From the NCBI GenBank assembly GCA_037189525.1, contig JBBCJC010000002.1, positions 640,001 to 704,000 of the forward strand: a DNA stretch of 64,000 nucleotides. Direction: 5' to 3'. A program made the position numbers and the translations under genes. The first letter of the stretch is position 1. The number at the start of each line of letters is the position of its first letter. Positions 27,656 through 38,509 of this stretch are shown piece by piece. Under the pieces are notes generated by a model. It had not been told where the DNA came from. It saw nothing but the letters and a program-made list of their open reading frames with translations, and did no database searches. The DNA comes from Gemmatimonadales bacterium. Its GTDB lineage: Bacteria; Gemmatimonadota; Gemmatimonadetes; Gemmatimonadales; GWC2-71-9.

Positions 27656-28443
27656 AGCATGAGGGCGATCATCGTTGGGTCGAGATGGAATTTCTGGTCC
27701 CGGGCACGCCGGAGCAGATCTGGGCCGCCGTCGCGACGGGAATGGGAATGACCGCCTGGTTCACGCCGACCAAGGTCGAGGAGCGGGTCGGCGGTGAAAT
27801 CGAGTTCGACTTCGGCGGTGGCGCGACATCATCCGGAAAGGTGACCGTCTGGGAACCGCCCGTTCGTCTGGTCTACGAGGAGCATGGCTGGAACGGTGAT
27901 GCGCCGCCGGTCGCAACCGAAGTCACCGTAGAAACGCGCTCACGCGGTCGCTGCGTCCTGCGGATCGTGCACAGCATGTTCACGGCGGACGACCAGTGGG
28001 ACGATCAGTTCGACGGATTCGAGTCGGGCTGGCCGGGATTCATCGAGGTGCTGCGCATCTATCTCAAGCACCACGCCGGCGCCAAAGCCGCGGTGGTCCG
28101 CGCACCGGTCGTTCACTCGGGCGATGCCGCCGCGGCCTGGTCGACGCTTGCGGGCGATCTCGGCCTGGCCGGATTGAATCGGGAGGCACGGTGGACCGGC
28201 CCTGCGGACCTGCCGCCCGCCTCGGGCGTGGTGGAGCGAATCCAGCAGGATGCCGGCTCGCACGAGGCCATGCTTCGGTTGGATCAGCCGCTTCCGGGCG
28301 TGATGTATCTCGGTACTTACCGGTGGGAAGCGCAAGCGAGGGCGATGGTCGTCCTCTACCTCTACGGCGATCAGGCTGCCGAGCTGGCGGCCACGATCGA
28401 ACCCGCCTGGGTGGCCTGGATGGCGAAGCGATTCCCGTCCTGA
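27646..28443 (+). CDS. SRPBCC (AHA1/START-like) domain protein
   Basis: VPGTPEQIWAAVATG.G..AWF, VTVWEPP.RL, ESGWPGF; SD AAGGAG upstream. Confidence 0.85.
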   Translation: MPLKHEGDHRWVEMEFLVPGTPEQIWAAVATGMGMTAWFTPTKVEERVGGEIEFDFGGGATSSGKVTVWEPPVRLVYEEHGWNGDAPPVATEVTVETRSRGRCVLRIVHSMFTADDQWDDQFDGFESGWPGFIEVLRIYLKHHAGAKAAVVRAPVVHSGDAAAAWSTLAGDLGLAGLNREARWTGPADLPPASGVVERIQQDAGSHEAMLRLDQPLPGVMYLGTYRWEAQARAMVVLYLYGDQAAELAATIEPAWVAWMAKRFPS

Positions 28444-28485
28444 TTCACACCGGCACCAGCATCGCCCCCGCATCCGCCGACCTCA

Positions 28486-29649
28486 TCATGAGGTCGGCGG
28501 TGGCGCAGTCGGCCCGTCCACGTTCACGACGGTTACGGCAACCTCGACCGGTGGCCCTTCCTCCGCCCCCACCGCTATCGGCGCCTGGGTGTCGTCGACC
28601 GGACCGAACTCCTCCGTGAACATCTCCCACACGGTCAGGAACAGACCCGCCACGACCGGGCCGATCACGAACCCCGACAATCCGACCGACGCCAGGCCGC
28701 CAAGGATGGAGATGAAAACGATCCAATCCGGGATCCGCGTGTCGCGCCCGACCAGGATGGGGCGGAGCACGTTGTCCACCATGCCGATGACCAGCGCGCC
28801 GACCAGGACGAGGATGATGCCTTTCGCGACGTGACCGGTCAGGGCCAGGATGATGGCGGCGGGAATCCAGACGATTCCCGATCCGACTGCCGGCAAGAGC
28901 GAGATGATCGTCATGATCACCCCCCAAAACACCGCGGCAGGAATGCCCAGCAAGCCAAAGGTGATCCCTCCCAGCGCACCTTGCGCCATCGCGACGATGA
29001 TGGTGCCCTTCATGGTGGCCCGCGTGATCCGGGCAAACCGGCTCATCAGGCGCCGTTCGCGCACATCGCCCAGGGGCAGGGCCCGCACGATGGCCGCGGT
29101 CAGTCGATCGCCGTCACGGAGGAAGAAGAACAGCAGGTAGAGGGATACTACGATCATCAGCAGCAGGCGCAGCGCGTTCTGGCCGATCGACAGGGCTTGC
29201 GAGGCCAGGAAGCGGCTGACGGTAACGGCGAACCCGGACAGGCTTTGGCGCAGCCGCTCGACGTCCAACCCGAACCGTTCCATCGTCCGGGTCACCCGCG
29301 GCATGGCCCGCTCGGCGGCGTCGATCGGCGCCTGGACGTTGATGGCGCCGCTTTCGATGCGCTGGTAGAGGGCAGCCGCCTCCCGGGTTACCGCTGCGCC
29401 GATGCCCATGAGCGGCAGCACGACGACGATCAGGATCAGCAGAATGGTTGCCGTTGCCGCCAGCGCTTCCCGGCCGCCCAGCCTCTTCAGCAGCCAGCGG
29501 TACGCCGACTCGAAGAGCACGGCCAGCACCACGGCCCAGAAGATCGGCGTCGCGAGGCTGCCGACCATCCAGAGGAAGGCAATCGTGACGCCGGCAACCA
29601 GCCCGATCAGGAACGTCTTTTCGATCGAGGTCCGAAGCGAGGGGGCCAT
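28486..29649 (-). CDS. AI-2E family transporter
   Basis: LFFFLRDG, LLPAVGSGIVWIP, DNVLRP.LVG, G.VIGP. Confidence 0.9.
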   Translation of the reverse strand: MAPSLRTSIEKTFLIGLVAGVTIAFLWMVGSLATPIFWAVVLAVLFESAYRWLLKRLGGREALAATATILLILIVVVLPLMGIGAAVTREAAALYQRIESGAINVQAPIDAAERAMPRVTRTMERFGLDVERLRQSLSGFAVTVSRFLASQALSIGQNALRLLLMIVVSLYLLFFFLRDGDRLTAAIVRALPLGDVRERRLMSRFARITRATMKGTIIVAMAQGALGGITFGLLGIPAAVFWGVIMTIISLLPAVGSGIVWIPAAIILALTGHVAKGIILVLVGALVIGMVDNVLRPILVGRDTRIPDWIVFISILGGLASVGLSGFVIGPVVAGLFLTVWEMFTEEFGPVDDTQAPIAVGAEEGPPVEVAVTVVNVDGPTAPPPTS

Positions 29650-29724
29650 GGGGTGGGACTCCGCAAGAGGCCCTCGACGTACGCAGCGCGAGCGTTGCGA
29701 GTCAAGCCCGTCCCACCCGTCAGA

Positions 29725-32349
29725 TCATTCGGTCAGCGCTTCCCGGGCATCGACCCGGGCCGCCTGGCGCCCCGGTAGCCAGCACGCCAGGGCCGCGACG
29801 CCGAAAAGGCCGAGTGCCACCGCTACGACGGTGGGCGGGTCGGTCGCGCGAACACCATAGAGGAGCGACGCGAGCCAGCGTTCTTCCAGCAGCGTCAGGC
29901 CGAGCCCGATGACGATGCCGATCGAGGCATGGCGGAGGCCGCGCCGGACGATCAGCGCCGTCATGGTGTCGGGCGCGGCGCCGAGCGCCAGGCGGATGCC
30001 GATGCTACGCCGTTCCTGCCGCACGGTGTACGAGATCAGACCAAATATGCCAAGCGCAGCAAGCGTAGCCGCCGTGACCGCAAAGCCGATCAGTACGGCG
30101 GTCCAGCGCCGAGGCGCAGCCAGCGAGTTTCCCAAGCGGTCGCTCAGCGTCGCAGTGGCCACCGGTAGCTCAGCATCCAGCCCGCGCGCGGCTTCCCGAA
30201 TTCCGCGGAGCACCTCGGCCGGGTGGCCGGAGGTCCGCGCGACGAGGTGCATCCGCCGCGCCATGCCCTGGACCAGCGGTTGATAGACCGCGTCGGCATT
30301 ACCGGCCAGACCCTGGTACTTCACGTCGCCCACGATCCCGATCACGGTGGTCGGCGGACAGCTGGTGCAACCTCCGCTGATCATCTGCTTGCCGACGGCA
30401 CCGCCTTCCGGATAGTACCGGTTGGCCCAGGCGGCGCTGACCAGCACGACCGGCAAGGCCCCTCCGGAATCCGCCGGCGTGAACATCCGGCCTTCGATCA
30501 ACGGTACGCCCAGGGCGGCGAAGTACCCGGGGGTGACCCCGCTCCAGGGCGCGGTCGGTTCGGCGCCTCCGGGCGGAACCGGTTTGTCGAGTAGATCGAA
30601 ATTGTTGGTTTCGTCGGATTCATCGGGCGGCAGACTCAACGTCATGCCAGCTGCGCTGAGTCCCGGCACCTCGCGGGCCCGCTGCTCCAGTTGCCGCCAG
30701 AAGGTCTGGACGGCGAGGTAGTCACCGTACCGCGATACGGGGAGCGCCATCGTCGCGGTGACTACCCCTTCCGGATCGAACCCCGGATCGACTCGTCGGA
30801 GTTCCATCAGGCTCTGCAGCAACAGCCCCGCGCCCACCAGGAGTGGCAGCGCCAACGCAAACTCGGCCACCACCAGTGCGGAGCGGAGCGCGCCGGTGCG
30901 CCGATCGCTCCCGGTACGCCGGGTATCGATGCGCAGCGAGGCGCCGGCCCGCCCCGTCAGCGCGGCGATCACGGCAGGTCCGCTGACGGCAAGGCCGCTG
31001 GCCAGTGTCGCGATCAACAGGAAGGCCAGCGCCCGCCCATCGAGCGCCACGTGGTGGACCCGAGGCAGATCGGTCACGTGCTCACCAACCAGACGAATGC
31101 CCGCGATCGCGACCATCGATCCGAACAGACCCGCGGCGAGCGTGAGGATCACGCCATCGGTCACCAGCAGCCGGGCCAGGCGGGCTTTGCCCGCGCCGAG
31201 CGCGAGGCGGACGCCGAACTCCTGGGCTCGTCCCGAGGCGCGAACCAGCATCAGCGTGGCCACGTTGGCAATGGCGACGAGCAACACCAGGCCCACGGCC
31301 GCCGCAAAGAGATTGACCTGCGGGCCGGCGTTGCCCACGATCGTCGTCCGGAGCGGTACCGGAGTCAGCTTGGCCGTCTGGTCGCGGAACCCGGTGGCCC
31401 AGAGCGGGAAGATGCGCTCGCTGATGCCCGCCAGGTCACGGGTGGCCGATTCCAGGGTTGCGCCGGGTTTGAGACGGCCAACGACGCGCAGCCAGAACGG
31501 CCCTCGCCGCGGTTGTGTCTCGAGCTGGAGTGCGGTCCAGAGCTCGGCCCGCACCCCGGCCAGTTCCCGGGTCGCGGGTGGAAATACCCCGATGATCTCG
31601 AGACTGATTCCGTCGACCGTGATGCTCTGGCCGATGGCGCGGGCGGGGTCGCCCCAGCGCTGCCGAGCCATCGCGTCGGTAATCAGCGCCACGGCCGGAG
31701 CGCCCGGCGTTTCGTCGGAGGTTCGGATCGGGCGTCCCACCGCGACGGGCGCCCGCAGTGCGTCGAAGAATCCCGCCGTTGCCCGGCCAACCAGGAGTTG
31801 TTCAGGGCCGTTCGGACCGGAAATCCCGCTCGGCACGGCGCGGAAGACGCCCACGGCTTCGAAACTCTGTTGTTGGGCGACAATGGCCTGGGCATCGACC
31901 GTCGAGATTGCCCAGCGATTGGACGGGTTCTGCTGGTAGATCCGCACCAGGCGATCCGCCTCGGGATGCGGCAGCTTGGCAAGCAGGACGGCGTCGACCA
32001 CGGCAAAAACCGTGGTACTGGCGCCCAGACCGAGCCCCAGGACCAGGATGGCGGCGGCGGTAAAGACCGGGTGCTTGCCCAGGTTGCGAACGGCGTAGCG
32101 GATGTCCGATAGCAGTTCCTCGAATCCGCGGGTGCCTCGGGCGTCGCGCACCTCTTCTTTGAATTGTTCGACCCCGCCAAACGCCAGGAATGCCGCGCGC
32201 CGGGCCTCGGCCGGGTCCGCGCCTTCGCGAATCCGATGGGCCGTTTCCTGCTCTACATGGAAGCGCAGCTCGGTCTCCAACTCCCGCTCGGTGCGGCGCT
32301 TGAACAGCAGTCCGCGAACCCGTTCACGCCAGTCGCTCAGCAGGTTCAT
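29725..32349 (-). CDS. ADOP-type duplicated ABC permease (MacB-PCD/FtsX x2)
   Basis: ELETELRFH...FGG.EQ.KEEVRD prefix, two MacB/FtsX halves (ANVA.L.L.R...E..VRLALGA; IGIRLALGA). Confidence 0.9.
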   Translation of the reverse strand: MNLLSDWRERVRGLLFKRRTERELETELRFHVEQETAHRIREGADPAEARRAAFLAFGGVEQFKEEVRDARGTRGFEELLSDIRYAVRNLGKHPVFTAAAILVLGLGLGASTTVFAVVDAVLLAKLPHPEADRLVRIYQQNPSNRWAISTVDAQAIVAQQQSFEAVGVFRAVPSGISGPNGPEQLLVGRATAGFFDALRAPVAVGRPIRTSDETPGAPAVALITDAMARQRWGDPARAIGQSITVDGISLEIIGVFPPATRELAGVRAELWTALQLETQPRRGPFWLRVVGRLKPGATLESATRDLAGISERIFPLWATGFRDQTAKLTPVPLRTTIVGNAGPQVNLFAAAVGLVLLVAIANVATLMLVRASGRAQEFGVRLALGAGKARLARLLVTDGVILTLAAGLFGSMVAIAGIRLVGEHVTDLPRVHHVALDGRALAFLLIATLASGLAVSGPAVIAALTGRAGASLRIDTRRTGSDRRTGALRSALVVAEFALALPLLVGAGLLLQSLMELRRVDPGFDPEGVVTATMALPVSRYGDYLAVQTFWRQLEQRAREVPGLSAAGMTLSLPPDESDETNNFDLLDKPVPPGGAEPTAPWSGVTPGYFAALGVPLIEGRMFTPADSGGALPVVLVSAAWANRYYPEGGAVGKQMISGGCTSCPPTTVIGIVGDVKYQGLAGNADAVYQPLVQGMARRMHLVARTSGHPAEVLRGIREAARGLDAELPVATATLSDRLGNSLAAPRRWTAVLIGFAVTAATLAALGIFGLISYTVRQERRSIGIRLALGAAPDTMTALIVRRGLRHASIGIVIGLGLTLLEERWLASLLYGVRATDPPTVVAVALGLFGVAALACWLPGRQAARVDAREALTE

Positions 32350-32690
32350 CCTTCCTCCGCCAGCCGGAACGCCAACACCCCTTCGATGGCGCCGGATGCC
32401 CGTCGCCAGGCAGTGATTTCCTGGTCGAGTTGCCGTTCGCCGGCGGGCGTGAGCAGGTAGTACCTCGCCTGACGGTTGTTCTCGGTGGTCCGCCACTCGG
32501 ACCGGATCAGGCCTTTCCGGAGCATCCGTTGCAGGGCCGGGTAGAGCGAGCCTTGCGGCACCAGGAACACCTCGCGTGACATCTGGCCGATCCGATGCCC
32601 GATGCCCCAACCATGCATCGGTTCCAGGGACAGCGCCTTGAGCACCAGAAGTTCGAGGGTGCCTTGCAGTAGTTCGGACGAGTCGGCCAT
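32346..32690 (-). CDS. PadR family regulator (Acidobacteria/Gemmatimonas ADOP-associated type)
   Basis: LLQGTLELLVLK, MHGWGI, GSLYPAL.R, ENNR.ARYY.LT; overlaps the ADOP start. Confidence 0.92.
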   Translation of the reverse strand: MADSSELLQGTLELLVLKALSLEPMHGWGIGHRIGQMSREVFLVPQGSLYPALQRMLRKGLIRSEWRTTENNRQARYYLLTPAGERQLDQEITAWRRASGAIEGVLAFRLAEEG

Positions 32691-32861
32691 CGGTCTTCTC
32701 CAGAGGTTCTGGAGGAATGCTATCTCCACTTCTCCAGACGGTCAACAGGAGCCAGGGATTTGGCTGTCCGGCCCTTTGGGTAGTGGCCGTGTACATTGTG
32801 GCGCTGTGGGCATCGGCCGGCGCGGAATCGCGCCGTCTCATCTGAGGAGCGGTACGACATC

Positions 32862-33707
32862 ATGATTGAAACGACGACGACCCGGTCGGTCCGGGGAGTT
32901 TCCATCTTCGAGCGCCGGATCGGCAGCGGACCCGCCACGGTTGTCCTGCACGGAGGGCCGGGTGCCCATCACGACTATCTCCGTCCCGGGTTCGATCGCT
33001 TGGCGCGGGGGCGGTCGCTGATCTTTTACGATCAGCGCGGCGGCGGCCAGTCGCCGGTCGACCGGGAGGTTTCGGTGGGGTGGCAGGAGCAGGTGGCCGA
33101 CCTCGAAGCGCTCCGGCAGGTCTGGGGCTTCGACCGGCTGACCCTGGCGGGATACTCCTGGGGCGGGCTGCTGTCGGTGCTCTACGCCACCACCCATCCG
33201 GACCGGGTCGAGCGGCTGGCCCTGGTGTCGCCGGCGCCGCTCTGGCGGAGCGCGCGGAGCGAGTTCGAAGGGCGGTTGGCCGAGCGGAACGCGGCCCCCG
33301 CGGTGCAGGCGGCACGCCGTGAGGCGCAGGACGGCGGTCTTCGAGAACGGGACGGCGATGCGTACCGGAAGCGGATGTTCGAGCTGTCGGTGGCCGGATA
33401 CTTCCACGATCCCTCACGGGCCGTCGACCTGACACCCTTCCGGATCACCGGGCGAACGCAGCAAGCCGTCTGGGACAGCCTGGGCGATTTCGACTTCCGG
33501 AATGAGGTCGCCTCGCTTGCCGTTCCGGCCCTCGTGGTCCACGGCGAGGACGATCCGATTCCGGTCGAGACCGCGGAGATTCTCGCCGGGTTGCTGCATG
33601 CGCCGCTGGTCCGGATTCCCGATTGCGGGCACGTACCCTATGTCGAAGCGCCGGACCAGTTCGTAGCGGCCCTCGATCCGTTCCTGCCGGCCGAGGGACG
33701 GGCATGA
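32862..33707 (+). CDS. Alpha/beta hydrolase, proline iminopeptidase-like
   Basis: LHGGPG, YDQRG.G, GYSWGG nucleophile, GEDD, GH.PYVE. Confidence 0.88.
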   Translation: MIETTTTRSVRGVSIFERRIGSGPATVVLHGGPGAHHDYLRPGFDRLARGRSLIFYDQRGGGQSPVDREVSVGWQEQVADLEALRQVWGFDRLTLAGYSWGGLLSVLYATTHPDRVERLALVSPAPLWRSARSEFEGRLAERNAAPAVQAARREAQDGGLRERDGDAYRKRMFELSVAGYFHDPSRAVDLTPFRITGRTQQAVWDSLGDFDFRNEVASLAVPALVVHGEDDPIPVETAEILAGLLHAPLVRIPDCGHVPYVEAPDQFVAALDPFLPAEGRA

Positions 33708-34393
33708 GCGCGCGATTGTCGCCGTTCGATCTGGTGTTCGGGTCGCTCGCTGCGGAGCGGTTTCCGGCCGTGCGGGACGAGATGACCGCGGCCGGGCATC
33801 AGTTCCGTGACCGGGATGCTTTCGTGCTGGGGCGGGCCGCGGTGGCGTTGCTGCGAGAGCTGGGGCCGGACGATACCCTGGGTGAGGGGGTCGGCGAACT
33901 GGTGGCGCTGACGCACGCCGCCTTTCAGTTCTGGGTGGACGACCAGGCAGTCGTGACACTCGATCGCGCGACGCTCGATCAGATCCTTCGCGCCGATCCG
34001 GCGCCAGGTACTCCCGTTCCGGGCGGACGATCGTATTATCTGCAGTTTCCGGAGCGACGGATCTGGGGTCAAGTCGAGGCGGAGGCGCCACGCGAACCGC
34101 TCGACGGTTGCTTCGTGATCCCGATGGAAAACCGGATTGAATTAGTCGCCATTTTCGGTTTGCAACCAGACCGCGACGGGTTCACTGTTGTTACGGTATC
34201 CGGAGTGTCCGGCCTCCCGCTGGCCCGGCCGGACGGGACACCGTTGTTTGCGCCGCGTATGGCCGGCGGCGCCGCAGCGGGACTGTGGGAAATCACCGGC
34301 GGCGAAGAACTCGTCGAACTGGTCAATCGAAGCCATGCGCTGCTGCCGGCAACGGGGGCAGCGCCTGGTGTGCAGCGAGTGAGTCGGCTATGA
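33704..34393 (+). CDS. Hypothetical protein, translationally coupled to polX
   Basis: ATGA overlaps at both ends; codon usage like its neighbours; no motif recognised. Confidence 0.7.
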   Translation: MSARLSPFDLVFGSLAAERFPAVRDEMTAAGHQFRDRDAFVLGRAAVALLRELGPDDTLGEGVGELVALTHAAFQFWVDDQAVVTLDRATLDQILRADPAPGTPVPGGRSYYLQFPERRIWGQVEAEAPREPLDGCFVIPMENRIELVAIFGLQPDRDGFTVVTVSGVSGLPLARPDGTPLFAPRMAGGAAAGLWEITGGEELVELVNRSHALLPATGAAPGVQRVSRL

Positions 34394-36117
34394 CGTTGGA
34401 TCGGATGGCGGTCGGGCGGGTGCTGGATCAGATCGCCGCACATCTCGAACTCAAGGGCGAGAGTCCCTTCAAGGTGCGCGCCTTTCGGACCGGCGCTCGC
34501 ACGGTGAGCGGGCTTGCCGGCTCGCCGGCGCAGTGGCTGGACGAGGGCACCCTGGAGCAGATCCACGGGATTGGACCGTCCATCGTCAGTGTGGTGCGCG
34601 ACCTGGTGCAGGCGGGACGCTCCACCACGCTCGATGAGTTGCGGGAGGATGTGCCGCCGGGACTGGTGGAGATGCTCCAGATCTCGGGGCTCGGCGTCGC
34701 CAAGGTTCGCACTATTCACGAGAAGCTGCACGTCGAGTCGATTCCGGAGCTCGAGGCCGCGGCCCGCGACGGCCGCCTTGCCGCCTTGCCGGGATTCGGC
34801 GCCAAGACGGCGGAGAGCGTGCTCAAGGGTGTCTCGCGCCTCCGCCAGTCGCGCAGCGTCCGGCTGATCCATCACGCCGCGACCGAAGCAGAATTGCTGC
34901 GCACCACCCTCGAGCGGGTGCCTGGCGTCACCTCGGCCATCACGGCGGGCGAGGTCCGGCGGGGTCTCGAACTGGTCGGCGAAATCGTGATCGTGCTGGT
35001 GGCGGAAACGGCGCCGGAAGAGGTGCTGCGGGCCATTGCGAAGCTGCCGGGTGTCGACGAGTTCGGCGGGCAGGACGAGCGGCGCGCCACAATCCGGTTC
35101 TCGGGTGGAGAGCGCTGCCAGGTCGTGGTCACGCCGAGCGCCAACCTGGGCCCGGTGCTGATCCAGGCCACCGGCAGCGCTGCGCACCTGGAGCAACTGG
35201 TGGAGCGGGCGGCGCAGACGGGTCACAGCTTTCGCGGCGCCGCGCTCTGGCGGGGCAGCGAGTTCGTGGCAACCGCCGACGAATCGGCCGTCTATCAGAC
35301 GCTTGGTCTGCAGTGGATTCCGCCGGAACTCCGGGAAGGGCTGGGCGAGATTGCGCTGGCCGAATCGGTCCTGCCACCGCTGTTGACGCGGGAAGATCTT
35401 CGGGGCCTGGTCCACTGCCACACCAGTTACTCGGACGGCAGCTTCTCGGTGCGCGGCCTAGCCAGTACCTGCGCAGAGGCGGGCTACGAGTACGTCGGAG
35501 TCACGGACCACAGCGGCACTGCCGCCTACGTCGGCGGGATGAACGAGGCCGAGATTCGGGCCCAATGGGCCGAGATCGATGCCGCCAATGCGGAGCAGGC
35601 GGGCGCCCGGGTCCTCAAGGGAATCGAAGCGGACATCCTGGCCGATGGCCGGATCGGATATTCGGACGAGCTGTTGCAGGGCTTCGACTTCGTGATCGCG
35701 TCCGTCCACAACCGGTTCGAGATGAACCGGGACGAGATGACGGCGCGGATCCTGGCCGGGATGGACAACCCGTACGTCACCGTCATCGGGCACCTGACCG
35801 GTCGTCTGCTGCTGTCGCGGGAACCCTATCAGCTCGACTTCGAGCGCATCTTTGCCCGGGCGGCGGAGCGGGGCGTCGCGATCGAGATCAACGCCGATCC
35901 GCAGCGGCTCGACCTCGACTGGCGTCTGGTGCGCCAGGCGCGGGCGGCGGGTGTGGTCATCCTGATCGGAGCCGATGCCCATTCGCCCGCGGGGCTCGAG
36001 AACGTCAATCTCGGCGTCCTGATGGCCCGTAAGGCCTGGCTCGGTCCAGCCGACGTGCTCAACGCCCGCTCGGTCGACGAGTTTCTGGCCTTCGCGCGAC
36101 GCCGTCGGCCGGCATGA
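34390..36117 (+). CDS. polX: PolX-PHP protein with degenerate polymerase active site
   Basis: [10 protein letters not shown], HhH motifs, ATGS..H, IPPELRE; PHP motifs HCH..YSDG, TDHS, GIE.DIL, SVH, GH.TGR, EINA, DAH; DxD position reads EIV. Confidence 0.9.
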   Translation: MTLDRMAVGRVLDQIAAHLELKGESPFKVRAFRTGARTVSGLAGSPAQWLDEGTLEQIHGIGPSIVSVVRDLVQAGRSTTLDELREDVPPGLVEMLQISGLGVAKVRTIHEKLHVESIPELEAAARDGRLAALPGFGAKTAESVLKGVSRLRQSRSVRLIHHAATEAELLRTTLERVPGVTSAITAGEVRRGLELVGEIVIVLVAETAPEEVLRAIAKLPGVDEFGGQDERRATIRFSGGERCQVVVTPSANLGPVLIQATGSAAHLEQLVERAAQTGHSFRGAALWRGSEFVATADESAVYQTLGLQWIPPELREGLGEIALAESVLPPLLTREDLRGLVHCHTSYSDGSFSVRGLASTCAEAGYEYVGVTDHSGTAAYVGGMNEAEIRAQWAEIDAANAEQAGARVLKGIEADILADGRIGYSDELLQGFDFVIASVHNRFEMNRDEMTARILAGMDNPYVTVIGHLTGRLLLSREPYQLDFERIFARAAERGVAIEINADPQRLDLDWRLVRQARAAGVVILIGADAHSPAGLENVNLGVLMARKAWLGPADVLNARSVDEFLAFARRRRPA

Positions 36118-36848
36118 GCCGGCCCTCGCCGGCTCTTAAGCGGCGCACGCTCGAAATCCTCGCGCGGCTGGCCAAGGCCTATCCCGACGCACACTGCGCG
36201 CTCGATCATCGCACCCCGTTCGAACTCCTGGCCGCCACCATTCTGTCGGCGCAGTGCACGGATGTCCGGGTCAACATGGTCACGCCCGCGTTGTTTGCCC
36301 GGTACCCCACCCCTCGTGACCTCGCGGCGGCCGATCAGTCGGATGTCGAGGACCTGATCCGGTCGACCGGATTCTTCCGCAGCAAGGCCAAGAGTCTGAT
36401 CGGGATGGCGACGGTGCTGGTGACGGAACACGGCGGAGAGGTCCCGGCGGACATGGAAGCCCTCCGCCAACTGCCAGGGGTGGGCCGCAAGACGGCCAAC
36501 GTCGTACTCGGCAACGCGTTCGGGATCGACGAGGGCATCGTGGTCGATACCCATGTCACCCGTCTCTCCAGACTACTCGGCCTCACCAAGGCCAACGACG
36601 CGGAAAAAATCGAGCGCGACCTGATGGCGCTGGTGCCGCGTGACCAGTGGACCATGGTGTCGCACTGGCTGATCTTTCATGGCCGCCAGGTGTGCATTGC
36701 GCGGCGGCCGCGCTGCGGGGAATGTGTGCTGGCGTCGCTCTGTCCGTCGGCCATGGTCGTGCCGGCTCAGACGGCGCCCGCGCGGGCCAAAGCGGGCTCC
36801 AAGGTCGGGTCCAAGGCCAAGCCGCGAACCACGCGGCGTCGCGCCTGA
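36114..36848 (+). CDS. nth: Endonuclease III
   Basis: [29 protein letters not shown]6-C-X2-C-X5-C 4Fe-4S motif. Confidence 0.96.
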   Translation: MSRPSPALKRRTLEILARLAKAYPDAHCALDHRTPFELLAATILSAQCTDVRVNMVTPALFARYPTPRDLAAADQSDVEDLIRSTGFFRSKAKSLIGMATVLVTEHGGEVPADMEALRQLPGVGRKTANVVLGNAFGIDEGIVVDTHVTRLSRLLGLTKANDAEKIERDLMALVPRDQWTMVSHWLIFHGRQVCIARRPRCGECVLASLCPSAMVVPAQTAPARAKAGSKVGSKAKPRTTRRRA

Positions 36849-36856
36849 CCGTCGGG

Positions 36857-37519
36857 TCAGTCGTCGACTTTATTGAGCAGGCGCCCCAGGAGGCCGGGCT
36901 TCCGGTCCCGGAGTGCGCTGGGAAACTTCTCCTTGATTTCCACCGATGCCAGCGTGGCCTGACCGCTCAGACGGATCAAGAGTCCGTTGGGTCGCACGCC
37001 GCCGACGCTGCGGGTCGAATGGCTCGAACTGCTCAGCGTCTCGCGCACCTCGTTCTCGACCTGGGTGCCGGCCGGCACGATCAGGGTAAACGAGCCCAGG
37101 TCGACATCGACATGGATGTCCACCACGTCGGCGCCGAAGACCGCATCGCGAAGGTCGAGCGTCATCTCCCCCAGCAGTACCCGCGCTTCGATGAGCAGCG
37201 GCACCGTCCAGGATCCTCCGCGCTTGGTCGAGCCGAAGATGCTCGAAATCCGGCTGAACTCGGACGGAGCAACCGGTCGCCCCACGGCGGTGTGATCTGC
37301 CGCGGCCGTCAGCCCGTAGGCCGGTGTCAGCCCAGTGGCCGTTTCCATCGGCAGGTCCTCGGCCAGGTCGGCGACGATGGCCGCGATGGTTGCCGCATTC
37401 GGCGCCCGATTGAGCTGGTCGAGTCGGGATTCGAAGGCGTCGACCGAGAGTCGGTCGTCGGCTTGGGCTCGGCACAGGAGGCGGACGGCCTCGCGTCGCG
37501 CATGATCGAGATCGCTCAT
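36857..37519 (-). CDS. DUF1707 (SHOCT-like) + LiaF-like domain protein
   Basis: RE.AV..L..A.A..RL..D.FE.RL; S.FGST.R.G.W; LGE..LDLR.A. Confidence 0.78.
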   Translation of the reverse strand: MSDLDHARREAVRLLCRAQADDRLSVDAFESRLDQLNRAPNAATIAAIVADLAEDLPMETATGLTPAYGLTAAADHTAVGRPVAPSEFSRISSIFGSTKRGGSWTVPLLIEARVLLGEMTLDLRDAVFGADVVDIHVDVDLGSFTLIVPAGTQVENEVRETLSSSSHSTRSVGGVRPNGLLIRLSGQATLASVEIKEKFPSALRDRKPGLLGRLLNKVDD

Positions 37520-37628
37520 GGACGCAAGATATCGCGGGCTCGGGCAAGACGCTGCTGTTGGGTCGCAATCAGGCTCCCCGGCGCATCGCACCCATGATAC
37601 CTTTCGGCACCATTCCTGAGGATGATCC

Positions 37629-38075
37629 GTGAAGACTGCAACTATCGAGACCGAGCGCGGCACCATCATCGCCGAGCTGTTCGATACCGAAACGCCGAAC
37701 ACCGTGGCCAACTTCGAGAAGCTGGCCAATGAGGGCTACTACGACGGCACCCGCTTTCATCGGGTCATTCCCGATTTCGTGATTCAGGGCGGGGATCCCT
37801 ACTCGAAGAACCCGAACGACCCCAAGGTCGGCACGGGCGGGCCCGGGTACACCATCAAGTGTGAAACCCACCTCAATACCCACCGGCACGAGGCGGGGTC
37901 GCTCTCGATGGCGCACGCCGGCAAGGATACCGGGGGGAGTCAGTTTTTCGTCTGCCATTCGCCCCAGCCGCACCTCGACCGGAAGCACACCGTGTTCGGG
38001 AAGGTGACCACCGGTATGGACGTGGTGAACGCAATCCGGAAGAACGACCTGATTCAGTCGATCCGCGTGGCGTGA
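37629..38075 (+). CDS. Cyclophilin-type peptidyl-prolyl isomerase
   Basis: [42 protein letters not shown]. Confidence 0.96.
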   Translation: MKTATIETERGTIIAELFDTETPNTVANFEKLANEGYYDGTRFHRVIPDFVIQGGDPYSKNPNDPKVGTGGPGYTIKCETHLNTHRHEAGSLSMAHAGKDTGGSQFFVCHSPQPHLDRKHTVFGKVTTGMDVVNAIRKNDLIQSIRVA

Positions 38076-38494
38076 CCCGCGTGCACGTCGACTTTGCGGT
38101 ATTGGCGGACTATGCCCTGATCGACCAGCAGGGCAAGTTGTCCGTGCTGGGCATCTTTCAGCATGTCTGGGTGGCCAGCTTTCCGGCCGTGCATCCGCGG
38201 ACGCACCTGGTTCTCCGGGTGCGCGGCCGGCGAACGGAAATCGGGGAACACCGGATCAGAATCCGTTTCATCGACGATCAGGGACAGGAACTGATGGGCG
38301 GCGATGGCACGGTGCAGTTCGGTGAACCGCCGGCCGGCGTGACGGAGGTCGAAGCCGGCGCTGTGCTGGTGTTCGACGTGCCGCTGCCGCGTCCCGGCGT
38401 GTACGCTTTCGAAATCATTCTATCCGAGAACGTGGTGCGGGTGCCTCTCTCGGCCGCACTGATTCCGCCGCCGGCTGAAGGCGGCGTTCATTAA
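38072..38494 (+). CDS. DUF6941-like beta-sandwich protein
   Basis: LADYA..DQ.GKLS.LGIF, P.PG.Y.F; GTGA overlap. Confidence 0.7.
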   Translation: MTRVHVDFAVLADYALIDQQGKLSVLGIFQHVWVASFPAVHPRTHLVLRVRGRRTEIGEHRIRIRFIDDQGQELMGGDGTVQFGEPPAGVTEVEAGAVLVFDVPLPRPGVYAFEIILSENVVRVPLSAALIPPPAEGGVH

Positions 38495-38509
38495 CCCGAG
38501 TCGAACGCT

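Noticed and set aside
29725..32690. PadR-ADOP pair as a novel system
   Set aside because: Already a known, highly expanded pairing in Acidobacteriota-like genomes
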